64,000 nucleotides of DNA from an uncultured Gammaproteobacteria bacterium (GCA_929200535.1 CAKMZV010000003.1:25171-89170), one strand, 5' to 3'. Shown: positions 53,268 to 63,068, counted from the stretch's first letter. Notes: generated from the sequence alone by a model not told the origin. Made by a program: numbers and translations.

Positions 53268-53500
53268 TATACCAATGATAGCCCAAAAATGTACTGCCAT
53301 TATCAAAACCTTTACAACAACAATGGGATAAAGCATACAACATATGTTTATACGGAATATGACATTGGTTTATCCAAAGGACGAAATATTACTGTGAGTT
53401 ATGTTAAACCCTACACTCTATATATTAGATGATAATTTTAAATTTTGGAGAAATACTAAAATAGAGATATTTTTGAATATTTTAGAAATAAATAATCTAA
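53268..53500 (+). pseudogene. GT-A fold glycosyltransferase relic crossing the repeat border
   Basis: YTNDSPK...YDIGLSKGRNITVSYVK, then in a shifted frame YILDDNFKFWRNTKIEIFLNILE. Confidence 0.55.
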
Positions 53501-53507
53501 GAAAACA

Positions 53508-55211
53508 ATGTTAAAGCAATTGCATAAGTTACGGACTTTACTATCCCGAAAAGATAAGAAAATCTTAGTTTTTCTTTTAATTTTTTCCGTTTTTATTTCT
53601 TTAGTGGAAACGATAGGAATCTCCCTAATTATGCCGTTTGTCTCTATGGCAATTGATTTTACTATTATTGAGAGAAATCAATACTTAAATCAATTTTTTG
53701 AACTATTGAATTTTGAAAGTCCAAGATATTTCGTCCTATCATTTGGACTATTTCTTGTGTTTTTCTATAGCACCAGAGGACTCATTAACTTAATTTATAT
53801 CTATTCTTTAAATCATTTTACTCATCGCAAATTCCATACCATTGCTACTCAATTGTTCGAGAAATATATGAATCTACCCTATAAAAATTTTGTACAAAAT
53901 AATAGTTCGCAATTCACCAAAACCATCACAATAGAAATTGCACATTTAACCTCTTTAATTAAATCAATTTTATTAATGATTAGCGAGTTTTTTGTGACAT
54001 TATTGCTATACATTTTAATGTTTTATGTTAACTATAAAGTCACACTAATATTAACTATCGTATTTATCATAAATGGATTATTTTTGGTAAAAGCCATTTC
54101 AAAAAAAATTAAAAAATTGGGAGTAACTCGAGCATCAATGCAAACCGTTTTTCATGAAGTGATGAATCGAAGTTTTGGAAATTTCAAATTTATTAAATTA
54201 TCCGATTACGGAAAAAAAGCACATCAAGACTTCAGTGAATCCAGCCTAAGTTATGCTAACTCAATTATAAAATCCGAAACATTGCAGCAATTTCCACGAC
54301 TTTTTTTAGAAGCTTTAGCCTTTGGCATCATATGCTTGATTATCACTTATATTGTGTGGGAAGATGAAGATCATATAGCAAGCTTTTTATCAGTGATAGC
54401 CTTATTTGTGCTATCACTTTATCGACTAATGCCCTCGCTCAATCGTATTATCTCGAGCTACAATATAGCTGTTTTTTACTACAAGTCATTGGATATTACT
54501 CACGCAGCCATGCTGCATGAAAATGAAAAATTAGGCAACGAAAAAATTACTTTTCAACATCATATTACACTCAATAATGTTAGCTTTGAATACATTGAAA
54601 ATAAACCTATTTTTAATGATGTAAATCTTCAAATAAACAAAGGGGAAAAAGTGGCTTTTATTGGCGAAAGCGGCGGAGGAAAATCAACCTTAGTTGATCT
54701 TATCATGGGATTACATACACCCAACCAAGGAAATATAAGCATTGATAATATCCCATTATGCCAAGACAATATTAAATCATGGAGACATCAAATCGGATAT
54801 ATCCCCCAAAACATTTATTTATTTGATGGTACAGTGGCTGATAATATTGTTTTTGGCAGAGATTATGATGAAAAAAAATTAATTAACGCGTTAGAAAAAG
54901 CAAATATATATGATTTTTTACAAACTCAAAATGGTATATCCACACAAGTTGGTGAAGGAGGAATTGTATTAAGCGGCGGACAAAAACAACGAGTTGCCAT
55001 TGCAAGAGCTCTATACGACAATCCTGAAACGCTAGTCTTAGATGAAGCAACCAGTGCCCTTGATAGTGAAACAGAAGAAAAAATTATGGATGAAATATAT
55101 AAGCTATATCAAGATAAAACACTAATTGTCATTGCTCATCGAATTAGCACTACAAAAAGGTGTGATAAAACATACGTTTTAAAAAAAGGAAGACTCGTTT
55201 TGTCTCAATAA
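53508..55211 (+). CDS. PglK/Wzk-type ABC flippase for lipid-linked oligosaccharides
   Basis: Six TM helices plus NBD (GESGGGKST, LSGGQKQR, LDEATSALD); SVFISLVET, LMISEFFV.LLLY, NFKFIKL and YRLMPS recall Campylobacter PglK. Confidence 0.85.
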   Translation: MLKQLHKLRTLLSRKDKKILVFLLIFSVFISLVETIGISLIMPFVSMAIDFTIIERNQYLNQFFELLNFESPRYFVLSFGLFLVFFYSTRGLINLIYIYSLNHFTHRKFHTIATQLFEKYMNLPYKNFVQNNSSQFTKTITIEIAHLTSLIKSILLMISEFFVTLLLYILMFYVNYKVTLILTIVFIINGLFLVKAISKKIKKLGVTRASMQTVFHEVMNRSFGNFKFIKLSDYGKKAHQDFSESSLSYANSIIKSETLQQFPRLFLEALAFGIICLIITYIVWEDEDHIASFLSVIALFVLSLYRLMPSLNRIISSYNIAVFYYKSLDITHAAMLHENEKLGNEKITFQHHITLNNVSFEYIENKPIFNDVNLQINKGEKVAFIGESGGGKSTLVDLIMGLHTPNQGNISIDNIPLCQDNIKSWRHQIGYIPQNIYLFDGTVADNIVFGRDYDEKKLINALEKANIYDFLQTQNGISTQVGEGGIVLSGGQKQRVAIARALYDNPETLVLDEATSALDSETEEKIMDEIYKLYQDKTLIVIAHRISTTKRCDKTYVLKKGRLVLSQ

Positions 55212-55316
55212 CCACGAACGTTAAAAATTATACATAGGCATAAAAATGTTCTTAAACTACTTAACTTATACAAAAAAATTAACTTAATGCACCTGACTTT
55301 AATATAAAGTGTCAGT

Positions 55317-56090
55317 ATGATATCCATGCAAAAAAAGACACCCATCTATTTAATTTCCTTAGCACAAGATAGTCAAAGACGCAAAGAGCTCAAACAGAAA
55401 TTCCCTAAGAGCTATGCTCAATTTATTCAGATAGAAGCCACCGATGGAAGACAATTAACGGCGACAGAGTATTATGAGAAGGCGATCAAATTCTTCAGAA
55501 AATCTAACAGAATAATGTTACCTACAGAATTGGGGTGTACCTTAAGCCACATTCATGCTCTTGAGGAATTTATTAAAACCAATTCTCAATACGCCCTTAT
55601 ATTAGAAGATGATGTCGAAGGTGAAGATAAAGATATAATAAAAATCTTAAATCTAATAAAAAATTTTGAACCCAAATCTCTATTAATTTGCGGTAGAATA
55701 GCTAATAAAAACTATCCATTTGGTAAAAAAACAAGTATTGAAGGACTGTATGAAATCTCCCATTTAACCCACCAATTTATCCATAGAGCCTGGAGTTATG
55801 TCGTCACTAAAAAATCGGCAAATGAGATTATAGAATACCATAAACATAATTTAACTATTGCTGATTGGTGGAATGATATTTTTAAAGATACAGATACAAA
55901 AATTTACTATACTAATATCCTCTCACATCCTATATGTCGAGCAAAGAGCCATATGGAAACAGACAGAGCTCAATTTAATCAATCTCTATGGGAAAAAATT
56001 ACATCTATAAAGAGTATTAAACATAAATTAAAAAAGGAAATTGTGAAAGTAATTATCCAATTAAAAGGCTATAAAAAAATAAAAGATTAA
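55317..56090 (+). CDS. GT25 glycosyltransferase
   Basis: YLISL...RR, EATDG, ELGCTLSH, LILEDD. Confidence 0.9.
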   Translation: MISMQKKTPIYLISLAQDSQRRKELKQKFPKSYAQFIQIEATDGRQLTATEYYEKAIKFFRKSNRIMLPTELGCTLSHIHALEEFIKTNSQYALILEDDVEGEDKDIIKILNLIKNFEPKSLLICGRIANKNYPFGKKTSIEGLYEISHLTHQFIHRAWSYVVTKKSANEIIEYHKHNLTIADWWNDIFKDTDTKIYYTNILSHPICRAKSHMETDRAQFNQSLWEKITSIKSIKHKLKKEIVKVIIQLKGYKKIKD

Positions 56091-56419
56091 TATTTATTTC
56101 AACCCAGTAAAACCACATATAAAATATCTATCTTTCTTTAGTCATTTGATTGAACTTCAAAGTTTTAATGGTTAAATTTATTATACATTTCAAAATAAAT
56201 ATAAAATAAATCCTTTACATTTGAATTATCCATTCCTGCTCTCATCAATTTGCTAAAGAAAAAAAGCTCTTGAGATTATATTTGATGAATAATATTTACT
56301 TAGGGTTATTGAAAAATATCACGATTAGTGCTAATAAATATAATTCCGATAATGTTAAAAAAACGAAGTTTTTATTTAGGATTTTAACTAGCCAAAACCC
56401 TAAAATTTATTCAAAAAAC

Positions 56420-56428
56420 TGATATAAT
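56420..56428 (+). promoter_or_regulatory. Extended -10 element upstream of the TagF-like gene
   Basis: TGATATAAT followed by TCATCAC. Confidence 0.5.
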
Positions 56429-56580
56429 TCATCACTTATCTACTATGACAATGGTTGTAAATAAACGACCTTATATTTTCAGACAATCTAATCATATTAA
56501 AGCAGTATAATATAGTATACGAATACTTTGAAAACATCCGTTATTAATTCCTGCAAAAAATATAATACAAAGCTTCTCCC

Positions 56581-57825
56581 TTGAACAAAATAAAAAAAAC
56601 ACCCCAAGAGGTAATTAAATTCATCAAAATTGTACTCCATAGCTTATTACATATCATACGCTTATTTTCTTTCATAACACCAAGGAACCGAAATTTTTGG
56701 CTCTTAGGTAGCTTTGGCGGTTCGTTTAATGATAATGCCAAGTATTTGTTTATTTATATACATAATAACCATCCAGAAATAAAAATTGCTTGGATTTCAA
56801 ACAATAAAAAAACAGTTTCATTTCTTAGGGAGAAAAGTTTTTCCGCTTACTACAAATGGAGTATTCAAGGTATTTACTATAGCCTTGTAGCTGGTGTTTA
56901 TATTTATAATGCCTATATTAATGACATTAATAGTTGGACTTATGGGCGTGCTGTTAAAGTAAATTTGTGGCACGGTTTTTTTGCTAAAAAAATAGAATTT
57001 GATATCAAAAAAGGCGTGCTTGCCCCAGTCTTTAATAATTCATTAAAAAGTCGACTCCTTTATCCCAAGGAGTATATAAAGCCAGACTTTGTTTTATCTG
57101 CTTCTGAGAAAATGTCAGAATTATTTTCATCAGCCTTTAGAATTAATTCCGCTCAATGCTTAAATTTTGGCTATACGCGCAACAATATCTTACAATTACC
57201 TAAAAATGATATAAAAACATTTATCAAAAACAATGAGCCGCCTAACACGCTTAATATATTAGAAAAATTAACACATTATAAAAAAATTTATGTCTATATG
57301 CCTACATGGCGAGATAACCATGCAGATTTTATAGAAAACTCAGGAATATGTTTTGAAACACTTAATGATTTAATGATTGAAAACAATCATTTCTTCATCT
57401 TCAAAGTACATAATAATACACACATAGAGATTGATTTAAGCCAGTATCCTAATATTTTTTTATTTGATAACAAATCTGACATCTATCCATTACTACCTTT
57501 TACCGATGTCCTTATTACTGATTATTCTTCAATTTGCCTTGACTATAAAGTAATGAATAAGAACGTTATTTTTTATTGTTTTGATGAAGCTTCCTATTTA
57601 GAAGAAAGGGAAATGTACTTTGACTATCAAGATGTTCTTAAGGGCGAAACTGTTGCAAGAACTTTTAACGAACTATTACAGTGTATCCAAAAGGATGCAA
57701 GTTACCAACAACCAAAAACACCAAATACACTTATGCAACAACTCATCCCAACTGGAAAAAATTCAAGCAAAAATTCAAGCAAAAAATTAGTTGATTTTAT
57801 AAAAAAACATGTGAAAATAAAATGA
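56581..57825 (+). CDS. CDP-glycerol glycerophosphotransferase (TagF/TagB) family protein
   Basis: FNDNAKYLF, NLWHG..KKI, GYTRN, YMPTWRD, KVH, DVLITDYSS. Confidence 0.88.
   Translation: MNKIKKTPQEVIKFIKIVLHSLLHIIRLFSFITPRNRNFWLLGSFGGSFNDNAKYLFIYIHNNHPEIKIAWISNNKKTVSFLREKSFSAYYKWSIQGIYYSLVAGVYIYNAYINDINSWTYGRAVKVNLWHGFFAKKIEFDIKKGVLAPVFNNSLKSRLLYPKEYIKPDFVLSASEKMSELFSSAFRINSAQCLNFGYTRNNILQLPKNDIKTFIKNNEPPNTLNILEKLTHYKKIYVYMPTWRDNHADFIENSGICFETLNDLMIENNHFFIFKVHNNTHIEIDLSQYPNIFLFDNKSDIYPLLPFTDVLITDYSSICLDYKVMNKNVIFYCFDEASYLEEREMYFDYQDVLKGETVARTFNELLQCIQKDASYQQPKTPNTLMQQLIPTGKNSSKNSSKKLVDFIKKHVKIK
57757..57780 (+). repeat. 12-bp in-frame tandem duplication (KNSS x2)
   Basis: AAAAATTCAAGC repeated twice near the TagF-like C-terminus. 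Confidence 0.8.
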
Positions 57826-57938
57826 AAGTGTCGCCAGTAAATGCTGCCAACTTATGCCCTACTTTAGTGCGATTCAAAATAAGTTTATTAGTGGTCGCTT
57901 ATAACATATAAGAGTATATTTCCCAATGCATTTATTCG

Positions 57939-57947
57939 TGATATAAT
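57939..57947 (+). promoter_or_regulatory. Extended -10 element upstream of the single-domain licD
   Basis: TGATATAAT followed by TTCATCAC, nearly the same as 56420. Confidence 0.5.
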
Positions 57948-58142
57948 TTCATCACAATTACTTTTAGTATTGCTTACAGTTTCAAATTATCTGGCTACAA
58001 CCTTAAAAGGGAATAATTTACGACGATTAGCTAATCACCCACTTTAATTTTTGAATGTGTAATAGTAGTATAGTTTCTGTAACATATTCTCCATTAGCAA
58101 CACTAAGCATTTTCTTAGATTATTTCTATTTTTATATAATTA

Positions 58143-58997
58143 ATGGACGCAGATACCAAATCAAATTATGTGGGTAAAACCTTGAGACAACATCAAATAG
58201 ATTGTGTCTCAGTGCTAAAAGCAGCTCACGATTTTTTTCAAAATAACGATTATCCATACTTTATTGGTGCTGGAACTTTATTAGGAGCGGTTCGTCATGG
58301 AGGCTTCATTCCTTGGGACGACGATATCGATATTTTCATGCTAATTGATGATTTTAATCGCCTACTCCACTCTACTAAAATGAATAAAAATATAGCCTCT
58401 GACTACGACATAAAAATTTCCCAATCACCTATAGATCCCTTTTTCTTAGGCATTTCGAGTACAAATCCTAATAGTAGTGGAGTAATTGATATATATCCAC
58501 TTGAGCGTTATCGTAAAAAAATTCCATTATTGCGTACGATTTATCAAAAAACTATATCGGTTGCAGTTTTACTTAATTTCCACGGAATCTTACCTGACCT
58601 AATCAATCAATCGAAACCTTGGTTTATAAAGAATAATCAATACCAAGGCAGAGTACATAAAGCTGGAGACCCTTCGACAATAATTCGTTATCTTAAAGCT
58701 ACTCGATTATTATGGAGAACTACCTTGCCTATTGTCATTTCCACATTTAGATTATTACGAAAACTATCTGTATCAAAAGATGGTCCTTGGGTATCAAATC
58801 ACTCTCAATCCCGTTTTACATTTTTATACATAAAATATGAAGATCTTGTTCCTGCTAAAATAATAAATTTTGAAAAAATTAATGTCTATGCACCCAATAA
58901 ACCCAAAAAATGGTTGGAATCTAATTATGGAAAAAATTATATGCAACCCCCTCCTCTCAAAAAGCAAATACCTCATCATTTTGATTTTCAAGAATGA
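58143..58997 (+). CDS. LicD-family phosphotransferase
   Basis: GTLLGAVRHGGFIPWDDDIDIFM, IDIYPL, YGKNYMQPPP. Confidence 0.9.
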   Translation: MDADTKSNYVGKTLRQHQIDCVSVLKAAHDFFQNNDYPYFIGAGTLLGAVRHGGFIPWDDDIDIFMLIDDFNRLLHSTKMNKNIASDYDIKISQSPIDPFFLGISSTNPNSSGVIDIYPLERYRKKIPLLRTIYQKTISVAVLLNFHGILPDLINQSKPWFIKNNQYQGRVHKAGDPSTIIRYLKATRLLWRTTLPIVISTFRLLRKLSVSKDGPWVSNHSQSRFTFLYIKYEDLVPAKIINFEKINVYAPNKPKKWLESNYGKNYMQPPPLKKQIPHHFDFQE

Positions 58998-59248
58998 CAG
59001 TTGCCAACAAAAACAAACACTAAAATACACTCATACAACAACTTGCCACAGCTGAAAAAATTAAAAAATTTAGTTGCATTTATAAAAAATAAAGACCGTT
59101 TGTAAGGGCTAGGTAATTCTCTGGCAGAAATTATAATTTTTGGATACCTTATGACTCTAGCAGACAAAACTGGAGAAGTGTCAATACTTTTGCGTACAAG
59201 GAGTCTGTTTAAATTGTTTCCCAAACAGGTCTTCAAATTGGTTACATG

Positions 59249-59401
59249 ACAGAAGAAAAAATTATGAATGAAATATACGGTTTATATCAAGATAAGATGC
59301 TGATTGTAATTGCTTATAGAAGCAGTCCCACAACAATGTGTGATAAAATGTACAATTTTGAAAAATTTGGAAAAAAGAAAGCTGATTATATCCCACAATA
59401 A
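59249..59401 (+). pseudogene. 3' relic of a second PglK-like ABC gene
   Basis: TEEKIMNEIYGLYQDKMLIVIAYR..CDK..PQ* versus TEEKIMDEIYKLYQDKTLIVIAHR..CDK..SQ* at the end of 53508-55211. Confidence 0.85.
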
Positions 59402-59478
59402 CCATTAGTCAATGTTATAAAAATAATACGAAAAATCATCCATAAATCAAAAAAGCAGCGTTTTTTAAGACAACAAAT

Positions 59479-60264
59479 ATGCAAGACAAAAAAGTACCTA
59501 TTTATCTCGTTTCCTTAACACAAGATATCCAAAGGCGAGAAGCACTAAAGCAAAGATTTCCCAAGAATTATCCGCATTTTATTCATATAGAAGCTGTTGA
59601 TGGTAGGCAATTAACCGCGAAGGAATATTATAATCAAACCTTAGACTACTTTATCAAATCAAACAGAACAATGTCACCTGCAGAACTCGGTTGCACCTTA
59701 AGCCATATTCGTGTTCTCGAGGGATTTATTAAAACCGACTCTCAATATGCTCTTATATTAGAAGATGATATTGAGGGTAGTGATGATGATATACAAAAAA
59801 TATTCAGTCTCACCCAAGCTTTGATGAGCAACTCACTTGTACTTTGCGGGGGACAATTGGATATAAAGGGGAAAAAATATCGATTTGGTAAAAAAACCAA
59901 TATAAAAGAACTATATGAAGTTTATCCTTTGTCCTACCCGTATATCTACGGCACTTGTTGTTATGTGGTTACTAAAAAATCAGCAAATAAAATTTTAGAA
60001 TACCATAAAAATAGCCTAACTATTGCTGATGGATGGAATGATTTTTTTAAAGATACCGATATAAAAATTTACTACGCCAACCTGCTCTCGCACCCTTTAG
60101 ATTTATCTAATAGCCATATTGAACAATATAGAGTTCAAGCTCAATCCCATAAAAAAACTCTATGGAAAAAATTTGTATCTCCAAATTTTCTTATTACTAT
60201 GGCTAAATTAAAAATAATACCCATAATTGCTTCATTAATGGGTTATAAAAAAATAGAAGATTAA
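59479..60264 (+). CDS. GT25 glycosyltransferase, paralogue of 55317-56090
   Basis: YLVSL..RR, EAVDG, ELGCTLSH, LILEDD. Confidence 0.9.
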   Translation: MQDKKVPIYLVSLTQDIQRREALKQRFPKNYPHFIHIEAVDGRQLTAKEYYNQTLDYFIKSNRTMSPAELGCTLSHIRVLEGFIKTDSQYALILEDDIEGSDDDIQKIFSLTQALMSNSLVLCGGQLDIKGKKYRFGKKTNIKELYEVYPLSYPYIYGTCCYVVTKKSANKILEYHKNSLTIADGWNDFFKDTDIKIYYANLLSHPLDLSNSHIEQYRVQAQSHKKTLWKKFVSPNFLITMAKLKIIPIIASLMGYKKIED

Positions 60265-60433
60265 CCACCGTTATACTAAAGAAGGGTGTACATATTATCT
60301 CGACAATGACTAGAGCACTAAGCAAATTTTAGGATACTTTTCTCCATAATATCTCTTGCTTTTCCTATGACAAACAAAACTTACCTAACATTCCACCGAC
60401 GATACCCTATTGGGTAAAATTAAACATTGGAGA

Positions 60434-60479
60434 CATACAATTTACCTATACAAATTACCTATACATACAATTACCTATA
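60434..60479 (+). repeat. Three imperfect tandem repeats with core TTACCTATA
   Basis: Cores at 60442, 60455 and 60471, upstream of a GT2 gene. Confidence 0.7.
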
Positions 60480-60574
60480 ATAATGGAAAGTTTTTTTGTG
60501 GACATCCAAAAGTGGGGAAACTTCTTGAATATGGTACATTCTTTGCTACAACCATAGTTGGGAGGGAGGACTAA

Positions 60575-61600
60575 ATGAAAACACAACCCGATATCAGCCT
60601 TATTGCCATTGCTTATAATTTGGAAGATTATATTGAAGAATGTCTAAATTCTCTTGTAAATCAAACTCATAAATCCATAGAAATCATTGTTGTTGATGAT
60701 GGTTCAACCGATTCAACTTTATCCAAAATTCAGACAATCGCACAAACAGATCGTCGCATCAAAGTACTTTCACAAAAAAATCAAGGTTCTAATTCAGCGA
60801 GAGAAAATGGTTTTAAAATTGCCAAAGGAAACTATGTCCAATTTATCGATGGCGATGATTGGCTCGATCTAAACACTTGCAAACATCTCTATAAAAAAGT
60901 GCAGGAGCAAGAGGAAAACGTTGATGTTATCCTCTTTCATTCTCAGAAAGTTTATCCCGATGGAATGGAGATAGCGTGCACTGGGTTTACACAGAAAAAA
61001 ACTTATTCTCACCCCTTCAAAGAATATTCTACTGGAGTATTCACTACATCTATAGGAACAAAATTTATTCGACGAAAATTCCTAACTGAACATGCCTCTT
61101 GTTTCCTAAAAAATGTAACCTATGGAGAAGATTTAATTTATAGTGCCTTATTTTTTCTATATAACCCCAAAGTCGCTTTTGTCGATGAATTCCTTTATTA
61201 CTACCGCCAAAGAAAGGATAGTTTACAATACAATATCCAAGGCTATAGTGAGGATTGCGAAAAAATATTCTCCGCTTTACAAGTAGGTTTTGACAACATA
61301 AAGCCTTGCCAAGAGTTACAAGATTATAGGCAATTTTTTACCCTGAAGCATCTTATTTATATTTACGCTAGAGCTCTACAGTCTAACAATAAAAAAATAG
61401 CCGCTAAAATCGCCACAAAAATTCTTAAAAAAAAATTTACAGTACCCTCACACATCCCACAACCCTCACTTATTTATTGGTTGGGGTTTAAACTTTATAA
61501 TATTTCTCCGAATCTCCTACTTTTTATGTACAAAATATATAGAGTTATTAAAGCTGTTTTGATTCCCTCAAAAACAATAAATAAGCAATACATAAAATAA
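60575..61600 (+). CDS. GT2 glycosyltransferase
   Basis: AYNLEDYIEECL, VDDGSTD, FIDGDD, GED, YYYRQR; strong SD GGGAGGGAGGA. Confidence 0.92.
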   Translation: MKTQPDISLIAIAYNLEDYIEECLNSLVNQTHKSIEIIVVDDGSTDSTLSKIQTIAQTDRRIKVLSQKNQGSNSARENGFKIAKGNYVQFIDGDDWLDLNTCKHLYKKVQEQEENVDVILFHSQKVYPDGMEIACTGFTQKKTYSHPFKEYSTGVFTTSIGTKFIRRKFLTEHASCFLKNVTYGEDLIYSALFFLYNPKVAFVDEFLYYYRQRKDSLQYNIQGYSEDCEKIFSALQVGFDNIKPCQELQDYRQFFTLKHLIYIYARALQSNNKKIAAKIATKILKKKFTVPSHIPQPSLIYWLGFKLYNISPNLLLFMYKIYRVIKAVLIPSKTINKQYIK

Positions 61601-61618
61601 ATTAGTTGCCTATTTCCC

Positions 61619-62041
61619 GTGATTTTCTCAATAACAATGCCGTTATATAACAAAGTTCAATCCGTAGTTCTTACCCTCCAGCCAATACTAGAACACTCTT
61701 TTCCACATTTTAAAGTTATTATTGGCAACAACAGTTCAGTCGATAATGCATCTAATAAAATTCAAACCTTTTCAAAAAAAAATCCAAAGCTAAGTGACGT
61801 ACGAAAAATTAGCTTTCAAGTTGCCAAAAAAAAATATGTTCAATTTGGCGATGATTATCTTTATAAATATCACCAAAAAATAGAATCCCTCCCTATACTT
61901 AAAACAAAAAATTTTACAAATTTTTTGAATATTCAGATTCAACATAGTTCAATTTTTCAATTCATATTCTACAAAACGTATGCAATTTTCCCCATAATTG
62001 CTACATTTTCTCTCCCCCCTAACAACAAATTGAAAAATTAG
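61619..62041 (+). pseudogene. Degenerate GT2 fragment
   Basis: FSITMPLYNK, VIIGNNSSVD (decayed DDGS), KKYVQFGDD. Confidence 0.65.
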
Positions 62042-62048
62042 CAACCCT

Positions 62049-63068
62049 ATGAATCAAGAAATTAAAAAATACACACAACCAAATATCAGCCTTATTGCCA
62101 TTGCTTATAATTTAGAAGACTATATTGGAGAATGCCTAAATTCTCTTACAAATCAAACTCATAAATCCATCGAAATAATTGTTGTTGATGATGGTTCAAC
62201 CGACTCTACTTTATCCAAGATTCAAGCCATCGCACAAACAGATTGTCGCCTCAGAGTGCTTTCACAAAAAAATCAAGGTCCTAATTCAGCAAGAGAAAAT
62301 GGACTTAAAATTGCCAAAGGAAAATATGTCCAATTTATTGATGGCGATGATTGGTTAGCTCTGGATGCCTGCGAAAAGCTCTATCAAAAAGCAGAGGAAG
62401 GTAAGGCTGATGTTATCTTATTTCATGCTCAAAGAATATATCCTGACAAACAAATTAGCCCCCTCATGGGGTTCCATAAAAAAACACGCTATCGACACCC
62501 TTTTAAAGAGTTTGCTATGAATACCTACGATCACCCTATTTATCTCAAGTTTATTCATCGAGTCTTTTTATTTGATAATAATATCTCTTTCCCAGCAAAA
62601 ATCACTTATGGTGATGACACAACCTTTAGTGCATTATTTTACCTTCATAGCCCACATATAAATTTTTTGGATGAATTTATCTATTGCTATCGCCAAAGAA
62701 CTAAAGGAAATAGTCATGATTTACAGGGATTTATAAATGATATGAATAAAGTTATAAACATCTTAAAATCTATAAAAGCTTCAAAATTCAATCAAGAAAT
62801 AGAAGATTATGCTAATTACTTGATACTTAGCTATATGGCGACATTTTACTATAGAGCTCTATTGGCTAAAAGAGAAGATATAGCATCTCTTTTAGCGGAT
62901 AGAATTTTAAAAGAAAAAATTTTTATCGCATCACATATTCAACACCCCTCACCTCTTCGTTGGTTAATATATCAAATTTACAATCACTTTCCTCAATTTT
63001 TATTGACTATACATAAAATAAGAGCATTTATTCGAGGACTTTACAAAAGAGATAGGATGGAAGAATAA
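62049..63068 (+). CDS. GT2 glycosyltransferase, paralogue of 60575-61600
   Basis: Near-identical N-terminal ~95 aa; DDGSTD, FIDGDD. Confidence 0.92.
   Translation: MNQEIKKYTQPNISLIAIAYNLEDYIGECLNSLTNQTHKSIEIIVVDDGSTDSTLSKIQAIAQTDCRLRVLSQKNQGPNSARENGLKIAKGKYVQFIDGDDWLALDACEKLYQKAEEGKADVILFHAQRIYPDKQISPLMGFHKKTRYRHPFKEFAMNTYDHPIYLKFIHRVFLFDNNISFPAKITYGDDTTFSALFYLHSPHINFLDEFIYCYRQRTKGNSHDLQGFINDMNKVINILKSIKASKFNQEIEDYANYLILSYMATFYYRALLAKREDIASLLADRILKEKIFIASHIQHPSPLRWLIYQIYNHFPQFLLTIHKIRAFIRGLYKRDRMEE

Larger units (their letters stand above)
49532..53409 (+). repeat. 3,878-bp direct repeat, copy 2 (HEP biosynthesis cassette)
   Basis: Matches 22605-26482. Confidence 0.95.

Noticed and set aside
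22605-53409. Composite transposon or prophage explaining the repeat
   Set aside because: No transposase, integrase, terminal inverted repeats or phage genes were found.
60434-60479. CRISPR array
   Set aside because: Repeats are only 9-16 bp with no spacers, and no cas genes are present. No CRISPR, tRNA or rRNA was recognised anywhere in the window.
191-60872. Numerous 60-155 aa antisense or alternate-frame ORFs
   Set aside because: They lie within well-supported genes and lack motifs; treated as shadow ORFs.
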